A stretch of 37,059 bases of DNA from a bacterium (GTDB lineage: Bacteria; CLD3; SB21): positions 1-37,059 of the forward strand of contig JABWCP010000030.1 of NCBI GenBank assembly GCA_013360215.1. The letters run 5' to 3'. A program made the translations under genes and the position numbers. Positions 28,345-37,059 of the stretch are shown one piece after another (within the stretch, counting starts at the first letter, position 1; each line of letters starts with the position of its first letter). The notes under the pieces were generated by a model. That model was given only the letters and a program-made list of their open reading frames with translations, was not told the DNA's origin and did no database searches.

Positions 28345-31300
28345 ATGAAAACAATGTTACGCCTAGTGCGTTATACTACACTATTATGTTTTAGTGTTCT
28401 GGCCTTTGCGCCGGTGTATGGACAACAATCCGTACCATCCTGGATTTCACAGGACAAATCGTTTAAAGAAACATCGAAAGAATTCGAACAGTACTGGAAA
28501 GGAAAAGATGTTCATGACAAAGCCGTGATTCGCGGCAAAGGATTCAAACAGTTTAATCGTTATCAATGGTTTTGGAGTACGCGTACCAACGCGCAAGGTG
28601 TTTTTGATCCCAGTTTGTACCTTGAAGCCAAAGCTGAAAAATATTCCAATTTTCCAAATTCCAATTTTGCACCGCGCCGCGGTATGAATCGCGCGATGGT
28701 CAACAGTTCCAACTGGACCACGCTCGGTCCGCAAACCGCCATACCGACGAACGGTGGCGCAGGACGTGTGAATTGCATCGTTTTTGATCCGAGCAACAGC
28801 AACACGATTTATATCGGTACGCCGGGCGGCGGTCTCTGGAAAACCACCAATGGCGGTACATCGTGGACAACCAATACGGATGAATTGGGTACTTTAGGCG
28901 TGTCGCATTTGGCGATTGACCCTACCAATACCAATACGATGTATCTTGCAACCGGTGACAACGACGCCGGCGATACGTATTCCATCGGTATTCTCAAATC
29001 CGTGGACGGCGGCTTGACCTGGTCGGCGACAGGATTGACATGGACAGCCAATCAACTTTATCGTATTTCAAAAATTAGTATCAATCCTACATCCACAAGC
29101 ACGCTCGTCGCTACGACCAGCAACGGTATTTATCGTTCGACGGATGCGGGCGCCACTTGGACACAAGTACAAACCGGTAACTTCAAAGATCTGGATGTCA
29201 ATCCATCCAACTATAATGAACAGTACGCCAGTTTTTACGGCAACGGCACCGCTTCTATTTATAAATCCGCCAACGGCGGCTTGACATGGACTAAATTGAC
29301 TTCCGGCCTTCCGACGACAGGTGTATTGCGTTGCGCCGTGGCCATCGCACCTTCGACACCGTCCACCGTGTATGCGATTTATTGTGATAACACCTCGGGC
29401 GGTTATGGTCTCTATGGTATTTATAAATCTACTAATAGCGGTTCGACGTGGACACAAGTCAAAACCTCTGCCAGCCCCAATGTACTCGGATGGAATAGTA
29501 ACGGCGGTGATACCGGTGTCGGTCAAGGTTGGTATGATCTCTGCATCACCGTTTCCCCGACGGATGCCAATACGGTTTATACCGGCGGTGTAAACATCTG
29601 GCGTTCTACCAATGGTGGTACAACATGGACACTGAATGCTCAGTGGCAAGGATCAGGCGCTCCTTACGTACATGCCGATCATCATGCGATCGAATTTTTA
29701 CCCGGCAGCGGTACCACTTTGTTTTCCGGTAACGATGGCGGATTCTTCAAAACTACCAATAGCGGAACAACATGGACCGATTTTAGTAACGGCCTCGGAA
29801 TCCATCAGTATTATCGTATCAGTGCAGCCAAAACCAGCGCTAATACGATACTCGGTGGCGCTCAGGATAACGGCACGGATCGTTATAACGGAACGAGCTG
29901 GTCACGCATCATTGGCGGCGACGGTATGGAATGTCAGGTAGATTATACCAACGCCAATATTCAATACGGCGCATTATACTACGGCGATCTGTATCGCACG
30001 ACTACAGGTGGTACCCCGTCCAATATTTCCGATCCTACAGAGGATGGCGCATGGGTGACTCCGTACGTATTGCATCCGACGACCAATACAACCATGTATT
30101 ATGCGACATCAAGTCGTATATATCGGTCAACCAATATCACCAATACCACCCCGACGTGGACCTCGATCAGCAGTGTGCTTGGTTCGGCAAGCGACCCGCT
30201 CACGGTCCTCGCTGTAGCACCTTCCAATGGAACAACGATCCTCACAGCTAATGCGGCAGGCGCTTGGAAAGGAACAGCCAGCGGCTCGACCTGGACATTT
30301 ACAAGTTTGTCAAGCAGCGGTTTGCCGGCCGGTGTTACCTCATTTGCATTTCACCCTACGGATGTAAATACCGCGTGGGCTACCATCGGCGGTTTCACGG
30401 CGGGTAGCAAAGTTTATAAAACCACCAATGGCGGTACTTCGTGGACAAATATTTCCGGTTCTTTGGTCAATGTACCAGCTAACTGCGTCGCCATACATCC
30501 TTCCACTCCGACCGATGTCTATATCGGAACCGATCTTGGTATATTTTATTCGTCCAATGGCGGCACTACTTGGGAAGCTTATGATACAGGATTGCCCAAT
30601 GTTATCGTTACCGATCTGGATATTCATGTAAGTGCCGGTAAAATTCGTGCAGCGACGTATGGTCGAGGATTATGGGAATCGCCGCTCAATACGACTACAC
30701 CTTCAAATTCGGTAACTGTCACAGCACCCAATGGCGGCGAGTCGCTTACCGGCGGCAGTGCTACGACGATCACATGGTCCTCGACAGGAACGATTGCTAA
30801 TGTCAAATTGGAATATTCCGTGAATGGCGGAACCAATTGGACGGTGATTACGGCTTCTACGACCAATGACGGTTCCGAAGCATGGACCGTTCCTTCTTCA
30901 GCGACGACGCAAGGTCGCGTGCGTGTCAGCGATGCATCCGTTTCTGCGACCAATGACATGAGTAATGCTAATTTTACAATCACGGTAAGCGCATCCAACA
31001 GTGTCACATTGACAGCGCCCAATGGCGGCCAATCGTTCACCGGCGGTAGCGCGACGACGATCACGTGGTCCTCCACGGGAACAATCGCCAATGTAAAACT
31101 AGAATACTCGCTCAATGCCGGCTCGACATGGACACAGATCACGGCTTCCACGGCCAATGACGGCTCCGAAGCGTGGACTGTTCCGAGTTCAGCAACCACC
31201 CAAGGGCGCATTCGCGTAAGTGATGCCGCAAATGCCGCTACGACGGATATGAGTGATGCTAATTTTACCATCACTACCGGTACGCCGCCGATTACGGCAG

Positions 31301-31959
31301 AGTCTGAAAGTAACGGTACTTCCGGAACCGCGGATGGTCCGGTGGGTACAGGTGTAGCCGTATCCGGAGCCATCTCATCAACTACGGATAACGACTATTA
31401 TTATTTTGATGTATCAACCGCAGGTTCCATCAATATTTCGATGAGTATTGCCACGGCGAATAAAGACCTTGATTTCTTCCTGTATAATGCCTCGCTTACG
31501 GAAGTAGCACGTGCTTACACAACGAATAATCCTGAAGTTGTAAATTATACCGCCGCGGTTGGACGTTACTATATCAAAGTAAACGGTTATAATAGCGCTC
31601 AATCGGCTTATACCTTGACCGTGAGCGGCGGATTGGCTCAAGTAACCCGTGGTGGCGAAAAAGGATTGGCCGGTATTCCGCAGAAAGTCGAACTTCTGCA
31701 GAATTATCCCAACCCGTTCAACCCGTCCACAATGATTCGTTTTGGTTTACCGTCTGAAAACGACGTCACGCTCAAAATCTACAATCTCATGGGACAAGAA
31801 GTACGTACGCTGTTCAGCGGACGTATGAAAGCCGGTCAAAATGAGGTTTTGTGGGATGGTCGCAATGCCGCAGGGCAGCAGGTCTCCAGCGGTACCTATA
31901 TCTATCGCCTGCAAGTCGGACAAGAAATCATTTCACGACGGATGAACTTTATCAAATAA
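28345..31959 (+). CDS. secreted BNR/Asp-box (VPS10/sortilin-like) beta-propeller protein with two Ig-like repeats, PPC-like domain and FlgD-Ig/T9SS-type C-terminal domain
   Basis: Signal peptide, many S/T-x-N/D-G-G-x-T/S-W Asp-boxes, HADHH, GGAQDNGT, GGDGM, AATYGRGLW, APNGGE repeats, ESESN..DNDYY, LLQNYPNPFNPST. Confidence 0.88.
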   Translation: MKTMLRLVRYTTLLCFSVLAFAPVYGQQSVPSWISQDKSFKETSKEFEQYWKGKDVHDKAVIRGKGFKQFNRYQWFWSTRTNAQGVFDPSLYLEAKAEKYSNFPNSNFAPRRGMNRAMVNSSNWTTLGPQTAIPTNGGAGRVNCIVFDPSNSNTIYIGTPGGGLWKTTNGGTSWTTNTDELGTLGVSHLAIDPTNTNTMYLATGDNDAGDTYSIGILKSVDGGLTWSATGLTWTANQLYRISKISINPTSTSTLVATTSNGIYRSTDAGATWTQVQTGNFKDLDVNPSNYNEQYASFYGNGTASIYKSANGGLTWTKLTSGLPTTGVLRCAVAIAPSTPSTVYAIYCDNTSGGYGLYGIYKSTNSGSTWTQVKTSASPNVLGWNSNGGDTGVGQGWYDLCITVSPTDANTVYTGGVNIWRSTNGGTTWTLNAQWQGSGAPYVHADHHAIEFLPGSGTTLFSGNDGGFFKTTNSGTTWTDFSNGLGIHQYYRISAAKTSANTILGGAQDNGTDRYNGTSWSRIIGGDGMECQVDYTNANIQYGALYYGDLYRTTTGGTPSNISDPTEDGAWVTPYVLHPTTNTTMYYATSSRIYRSTNITNTTPTWTSISSVLGSASDPLTVLAVAPSNGTTILTANAAGAWKGTASGSTWTFTSLSSSGLPAGVTSFAFHPTDVNTAWATIGGFTAGSKVYKTTNGGTSWTNISGSLVNVPANCVAIHPSTPTDVYIGTDLGIFYSSNGGTTWEAYDTGLPNVIVTDLDIHVSAGKIRAATYGRGLWESPLNTTTPSNSVTVTAPNGGESLTGGSATTITWSSTGTIANVKLEYSVNGGTNWTVITASTTNDGSEAWTVPSSATTQGRVRVSDASVSATNDMSNANFTITVSASNSVTLTAPNGGQSFTGGSATTITWSSTGTIANVKLEYSLNAGSTWTQITASTANDGSEAWTVPSSATTQGRIRVSDAANAATTDMSDANFTITTGTPPITAESESNGTSGTADGPVGTGVAVSGAISSTTDNDYYYFDVSTAGSINISMSIATANKDLDFFLYNASLTEVARAYTTNNPEVVNYTAAVGRYYIKVNGYNSAQSAYTLTVSGGLAQVTRGGEKGLAGIPQKVELLQNYPNPFNPSTMIRFGLPSENDVTLKIYNLMGQEVRTLFSGRMKAGQNEVLWDGRNAAGQQVSSGTYIYRLQVGQEIISRRMNFIK
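30703..31284 (+). repeat. intragenic tandem duplication, 291-bp (97-aa) period
   Basis: Two units of SNSVT.TAPNGG.S.TGGSATTITWSSTGTIANVKLEYS...NFTIT, starting at 30703 and 30994. Confidence 0.9.
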
Positions 31960-31982
31960 TTCATCGCGCTCGAACAAATACG

Positions 31983-32017
31983 AAGCCCGGTCTGAAATTT
32001 CAGATCGGGCTTTTTTT
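31983..32017 (+). terminator. intrinsic terminator
   Basis: AAGCCCGGTCTGAAATTTCAGATCGGGC followed by T7, between convergent genes. Confidence 0.88.
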
Positions 32018-32049
32018 ATAAACCTGCTGAGAACCTGAGTTTGTTTTGA

Positions 32050-32706
32050 TCAGATGTGATGTACAACCTCAAACAATCGTTCTAACTTAGCTTTATCTAA
32101 TTTTCCGTCGGTTCGTACGCTGCTGCACAGATCTATACCAAAAGGTTGCACCGTTTCGATAGCTTCGCGTACGTTTTCAACATTGAGTCCGCCGGCCAAA
32201 AACAGAGGAACTTTGATCGCGGCTCGGATGCGTGCGCTGATTCGCCAGTCGTGTTTACGGCCAGTTCCGCCAAGTTCCTTGACGGCCAATTTTTGATTTC
32301 CCGAATCCAGTAATACCGCATCGGCAAACTCCGATACGCGTATCGCTTCGTTGATGGATGATTCGTCCGTCACATGTACGACTTGTACGATAGCGATCCC
32401 CGGCAAAGCTTTTCGGATAACTTCGTAAGTACCGTTCGTCAAATGATCACATATTTGAATCGTATTGGTTCCACAAAACTTTTGTTGTGTTACGATCGCG
32501 GCGGCATCTTGTTTACTGGTCAAAAGAAACGAAGCTATCGGAGGGGGGATGATCCGCGCGATATCCCTGATTATTTCATCGGAAATAACCCCCGGCCCGC
32601 TCGGCATGGACGAAACCAATCCCAATGCATCCGCACCGGTTTGAATCGCTGTACGCGCCTCTTCGCGTGAAGAAATGCAGCAGATTTTCACTCGAGTACG
32701 AGACAA
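32050..32706 (-). CDS. trpF: phosphoribosylanthranilate isomerase
   Basis: RVKICCI, GADALGLV, VLLDSG, LGGTG..HDW, LFLAGGL, GIDLCSSVR. TTG 32706 chosen because 32814 overlaps the upstream gene. Confidence 0.88.
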   Translation of the reverse strand: MSRTRVKICCISSREEARTAIQTGADALGLVSSMPSGPGVISDEIIRDIARIIPPPIASFLLTSKQDAAAIVTQQKFCGTNTIQICDHLTNGTYEVIRKALPGIAIVQVVHVTDESSINEAIRVSEFADAVLLDSGNQKLAVKELGGTGRKHDWRISARIRAAIKVPLFLAGGLNVENVREAIETVQPFGIDLCSSVRTDGKLDKAKLERLFEVVHHI

Positions 32707-32719
32707 AAAAAATTCCGTT

Positions 32720-35700
32720 CTATTTGGTATTGGTGGTACGAAGCCGTTGTACCAATACGGCGAAAATATTACGGGTGATTTCGACCTTATCAAACAAGAT
32801 CGAATAAAAATCATCCGATGACAGTTTTAAAAGCGTCGTATCGGCAACGGCGGTCACCGAAGCGGAACGCGGTTCGTTATCAAGCACGGCCATTTCACCG
32901 AAATATTTCTTTTCACCCAAAGTGGCCAAATCTTTGTTGCCTTTGTGGATCAAAACGGAACCGCTAACGATACCGTACATGGCATCGCCCTGATCGCCTT
33001 CTAAGAAAATATCTTGTCCCTTTTTGTACTTCACTTCTTCGATGGTATTGGCCAGCATGACCATATCTTCATCCGGCAAACTGGCAAAGAGATCTATTTC
33101 TTTGAGCAGCAGCACGCGCTTGAGTAAAGCCTGGCTATCCAATTCGGATGCGATATTGGCGCTTTCGCCTTCGATCATTTCCTCGACGGCGCTTTCTTCG
33201 ATTTGCGGTATGACCGGTTTGGGAGCGCCCCCGCCGGCGGCAGCGACTTTGGCCAATTGCTGGCGCAACCGTTGCGTAAGCATGCGGATCACGCCTTTGG
33301 CAATTTCGATACGATCGGCGATAATATCATAAAACGCTTCGGATTCTAATTTGAACATCAACGTGTCTTCCAATGCCGTGACGCTGGCCGATCGTTTTTC
33401 GTTATCCAAAATGGCCATTTCACCGAAACATTGGCCCGGCCCCATTTCTACCAATCGCGTCTCGCCTTTATGAATCAATACTTTGCCTTTGATAACGACA
33501 TAAAACGAATCGCCCGTCTCACCTTCGTGAAATACCGCTTCACCGGCATGACACTTGGCGGATTTCATTTGCAGGGCGATATTGGCAAGATATTCACCGG
33601 AAAGGGAGGCAAAAAAACTGACGCGTTTGAGGATCGCGACTTTTTGAATAATGTTTAGAACTTCTTTGCGCTCAAAACTGACCTGCGTATCGTGGATGAG
33701 TTTGCGCAGCGCAAACGCACGGTTGTGATCCCATTCGTCAAACTTCGGCGACGTGCTTACAAACTCCACGCACATTTTGAGCCAATCATGATCTTTGCCG
33801 TAAGCCGCCATCAGGGTATCAAAAAATTTGATCGCATCCCGCTCTTCGTTAAACTTATGCGAGATATGCGAATTGACGATTTGTACTACGGATGTGCGCA
33901 ATTCGCCTTCCAGCATATTATCCAGCACTTCGACGGCATTGGCCTGTACGCGTTTGTCGGTATTGGACAGATTGAGAAAAACCGTAGTGATCACTTTGTG
34001 GTCATGCAAAAAGCCGAGCAGTTTAAATACGCGTTCAAACACGCCGTGGCGAATATGCGTTACGGATTCGATCAAAATCGCAATGCCATCAAAGGGTTTT
34101 GCGGCATTTAACGTTTGCGTAAAAAAGCGATGCTCTTGAAATTCAAGATTGATCCATTTTTCGATCAAGTCGCGATCTAACTCTACGTCGTGGTTACGAA
34201 ATTGTATCTTGGCTAAGGAGTCTAATATTTTCAAACGCAGATACGGCCCGGCGTGATCGTAGTTTTTAAGCATGATGTCCGCACATTCCTGCGATGCGAT
34301 CATCTCAAAAACGCGGGGTATGTATAAACTGATTTCCTGATACTGCCGGCTAAACTCCAGATACGTTCGCAGGGTCGGTACGATATCGGCCGCATCAAAT
34401 GCCGACAGTGCCTCCATCGCTTTATGCCGTGTTTCTTTTTGTTTAAGCTTTTTGATGATCATCGGGATCAGATCGATCGCGTTGATGCGATGCGCCGCAT
34501 CAATGGCAAATATCTGCACTTCTTTGGATGGATCGTCGAGAAGTTTGATCAACGGTTTATGAAAATTTTTCAGTCCGATACGACCGATGATGCGCGCGAT
34601 TTCTTTACGATCATTGATGCGCGGACTTTCGAGCATCTGTTTGAAGATATCCACGGAATAAAATATACCGTCAATACCGTAATACTGCATTAACCCTGAA
34701 ATGGCCGCCCCTTTGATCTCCGAATCTTCGTCAATCAAAAACGATAATATGCGTTTGATGTGGTTGTCATCCCCATACGCCGAAAGCGTGAGGATAGCCT
34801 GCACTTTCACTTCGGTATGATCGTCTCCAAGGCGTTTGATGACTTCATCCACAGCTTGCCGCGGTGTGATTTTTTCGATGACGCGCAGAGCTTCGGTGCG
34901 CACGCGCGGTGACTTGTGATGCATCAATGTCAACACGTGCGGGATGAGATAAAATCCTTCGATATTTTTTAGCGCGTCTAAGCAATACAATACGCGGCGG
35001 TCGTCTTGACTTTCCAGGCCTTGTACAAGTATCTCGATGGCCGAACTGTCCGACACGTTAAAATTGATATCTTTGAAATCAATCTGGTTGGCTTTGAGCG
35101 TAGAGAAAAGCGATTTGACGTATTCGCGCTTAACGAGGAAAATAGCGATGATACAGATGATCAGTAACCCGACTACGGCCAGACTGATATCGTTTACGGC
35201 GACCGGAAAAAAATGGGCCGACAAAATCAGCAGTATCGCGCTTCCGCTCTTTGATAATGGTTTGATGATCCCGTCAACAAAAACTTTCGCACGCCCGCGC
35301 ACGTTGGCATGCAGCGGTACATACATCAGTTGGCTGGCCGACGAATAGATCGTATCGCTGAAAATTTTATCGCTCGCTTTCGCAAAAACGACCGCATTGA
35401 GTATCGGCATGAGATACAGCACCAATGAACCGATCATGACCGTGCCGGGAATCGCCGGCGCAAACCAAATACTGAGCGAACTGATCAGCAAAAAAATCGG
35501 CAGAATCAAAAGCGAAACAAGTATACCGTATTTTGATAAAATGCGCGAACTCAGAAAAAACTGAAATACCAGAGCGACGATACCCGTGTAACCGTAAAAC
35601 TGACCTAACACGGCTGCCAATTCATCATTACGGTAGTACTCTTTGAGCACCATTTTAAACTGGTAATCAATAAACATGAGCACCATCGTGATGATACTTA

Positions 35701-36421
35701 CGATGATGGCGATCAGTTTGAGATGATAGATACTGCCGAGTTTCTGCTTTTCTTCGGCTTTTTTATGCGCTTTTTTATCGGTCACACTGTGGGTTTCGCG
35801 TACCGTATCGGTAAATTCGCGGCGCGCAAGCAGGCGAACCAAAATCACGCACAACCCCATCAAGCCGCCGTACATCGTAATGAGATTGGACGTACCGATG
35901 GCATGCACCAAAGCTTTGATCGAAAAACCGCTGATCATACCGCCCAAAATACCGGCGCTCAGAATAATGCCGATCAGTCGTTTGGCCTGCCGCGTATCCA
36001 AAACGTCATTGGTAAATGTCCAAAACTGGAGTATGAGGAGGAAGTTAAATACTTCAAATCCCACATAGATCATGGGATACATCAGCGACCAACCGGAATC
36101 CACAAAAATACGTGTAACCCCGACGGCCAATATCATACCGCCGGTAACGGCATAGATCAGCCGGTCACGTCGGAAGCGATCCACTATGGCGTGAAACGCC
36201 ACGCCGCATACGCTGAGCGCAATGGAGATGGCAAGATACATGTACGACAGCTTGGTCGCATCAAAACGGCTAAGAAAAAGCGTGTCCGCAGCCGTTCGTC
36301 CGACGATGGTAGCCGCCGTCATAAAAAAAAGATATGCGAAGAGAATCCCCGTCTTAAAGTATTCCTCTCGTTCTACGGCAAGAATACGTCCAACGCGAAT
36401 CGTCGAGATTTTAGAAGCCAT
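32720..36421 (-). CDS. NTT/TLC (Npt1/Npt2-like) MFS transporter fused to HEAT repeats and two cNMP-binding domains
   Basis: About 12 TM with QFWTFTNDVLDTRQAKRL and RGRAKVFVDG, HEAT-like helices, then FGEMAILDNEKRSASV and FGEMAVLDNEPRSASV. Confidence 0.88.
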   Translation of the reverse strand: MASKISTIRVGRILAVEREEYFKTGILFAYLFFMTAATIVGRTAADTLFLSRFDATKLSYMYLAISIALSVCGVAFHAIVDRFRRDRLIYAVTGGMILAVGVTRIFVDSGWSLMYPMIYVGFEVFNFLLILQFWTFTNDVLDTRQAKRLIGIILSAGILGGMISGFSIKALVHAIGTSNLITMYGGLMGLCVILVRLLARREFTDTVRETHSVTDKKAHKKAEEKQKLGSIYHLKLIAIIVSIITMVLMFIDYQFKMVLKEYYRNDELAAVLGQFYGYTGIVALVFQFFLSSRILSKYGILVSLLILPIFLLISSLSIWFAPAIPGTVMIGSLVLYLMPILNAVVFAKASDKIFSDTIYSSASQLMYVPLHANVRGRAKVFVDGIIKPLSKSGSAILLILSAHFFPVAVNDISLAVVGLLIICIIAIFLVKREYVKSLFSTLKANQIDFKDINFNVSDSSAIEILVQGLESQDDRRVLYCLDALKNIEGFYLIPHVLTLMHHKSPRVRTEALRVIEKITPRQAVDEVIKRLGDDHTEVKVQAILTLSAYGDDNHIKRILSFLIDEDSEIKGAAISGLMQYYGIDGIFYSVDIFKQMLESPRINDRKEIARIIGRIGLKNFHKPLIKLLDDPSKEVQIFAIDAAHRINAIDLIPMIIKKLKQKETRHKAMEALSAFDAADIVPTLRTYLEFSRQYQEISLYIPRVFEMIASQECADIMLKNYDHAGPYLRLKILDSLAKIQFRNHDVELDRDLIEKWINLEFQEHRFFTQTLNAAKPFDGIAILIESVTHIRHGVFERVFKLLGFLHDHKVITTVFLNLSNTDKRVQANAVEVLDNMLEGELRTSVVQIVNSHISHKFNEERDAIKFFDTLMAAYGKDHDWLKMCVEFVSTSPKFDEWDHNRAFALRKLIHDTQVSFERKEVLNIIQKVAILKRVSFFASLSGEYLANIALQMKSAKCHAGEAVFHEGETGDSFYVVIKGKVLIHKGETRLVEMGPGQCFGEMAILDNEKRSASVTALEDTLMFKLESEAFYDIIADRIEIAKGVIRMLTQRLRQQLAKVAAAGGGAPKPVIPQIEESAVEEMIEGESANIASELDSQALLKRVLLLKEIDLFASLPDEDMVMLANTIEEVKYKKGQDIFLEGDQGDAMYGIVSGSVLIHKGNKDLATLGEKKYFGEMAVLDNEPRSASVTAVADTTLLKLSSDDFYSILFDKVEITRNIFAVLVQRLRTTNTK

Positions 36422-36653
36422 ACACCGTGTTTGGCAAGACCTGATTCCAGTAAATAACTAGCGGACACAACAGTATGTAATGTACATAACTTTTAACGAT
36501 AGATGCAAGCTGCGTACATGGCAAACCGGGAGACAACATATGGAAGATAAATAGATAATAAACGGAATAAAGTTCCTGTGGGATGAACTATGCGGCAGCT
36601 CTTTTTTTTGAAATTTTCTGACACCGCTCATATTGAAAGTAAACACAAAACAT

Positions 36654-37059
36654 CTCGCAGAAACGCAAAGGAAAAACTGTTCAATTTCTTAGCAGCTTGG
36701 GGAAAATGAGTTCGTCATTGATCACTCCGATTCTTAATGCTCGTGAGTAAATCACCTCGCAAAGACGCAAAGGAATAAACTATTCAATTTCTTAGCGGCT
36801 TGACGAGAATGAGTTCGCCATTGATCACTCTGATTCTTGATGCTCGTGAGTAAATCACCTCGCAGAGATGCAAAGGAAAAACTGTTCAATTTCTTAGCAG
36901 CTTGGCGAGAATGAGTTCGTCATTGATCACTCTGATTCTTGATGCTCGTGAGTAAATTGGCTCGCAAAGACGCAATAGAAAAAACTATTCAATTTCTTAG
37001 CGGCTCGGCGAGAATAGTTCGTCATTGATCACTCTGATTCTTGATGCTCGTGAGTAAAT
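36654..37059. repeat. non-coding tandem array of 102-103 bp palindromic units (at least 4, truncated by window end)
   Basis: Units start with CTCGC at 36654, 36756, 36859 and 36961, are near-identical, and have no unique spacers. Confidence 0.93.

Noticed and set aside
30624..31373. 249-aa minus-strand ORF with an internal repeat
   Set aside because: Antisense to the Thr/Ser-rich repeats of the 1204-aa gene.
35723..36457. 244-aa plus-strand ORF
   Set aside because: Antisense to the transporter's membrane domain.
36458..36646. 62-aa minus-strand ORF upstream of the transporter
   Set aside because: No RBS or recognisable motif; most likely promoter/intergenic DNA.
36654..37059. CRISPR array
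   Set aside because: Units are similar along their entire length with no unique spacers, and there are no cas genes in the window.

Overview
Bacterial chromosomal window, probably from the FCB group (Ignavibacteria/Calditrichota/KSB1-like). This is inferred from the C-terminal 'LLQNYPNPFNPST' sorting domain, batD/batE and Shine-Dalgarno usage. From left to right: (1) an AT-rich defence patch at 1-2050, with an Abi/HEPN gene, an AbiEi-like antitoxin whose toxin survives only as a 35-codon remnant, and two degenerate attC-like palindromes; (2) a Crp regulator followed by a hydrolase/peptidase run (M24, isochorismatase, M13, M64, SRPBCC); (3) a minus-strand operon HAD-batD-batE-comEC-histidine kinase-sigma54 regulator-murI; (4) a plus-strand operon udg-holA-ECF sigma-moaC-DUF3108; (5) a roughly 2.5 kb AT-rich island with two lipoprotein genes, bracketed by an exact 32-bp terminator duplication, whose first gene is frameshifted in its signal peptide and flanked by an exact 14-bp inverted repeat; (6) an exported hypothetical protein and a 1204-aa secreted beta-propeller protein behind a long structured leader containing a uORF; (7) trpF and an NTT/TLC transporter-HEAT-2x cNMP fusion; (8) a non-coding array of 102-103 bp structured tandem repeats running off the right edge. 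I found no rRNA, tRNA, CRISPR array, integrase or transposase. All family calls come from motif recognition by eye, not database searches.
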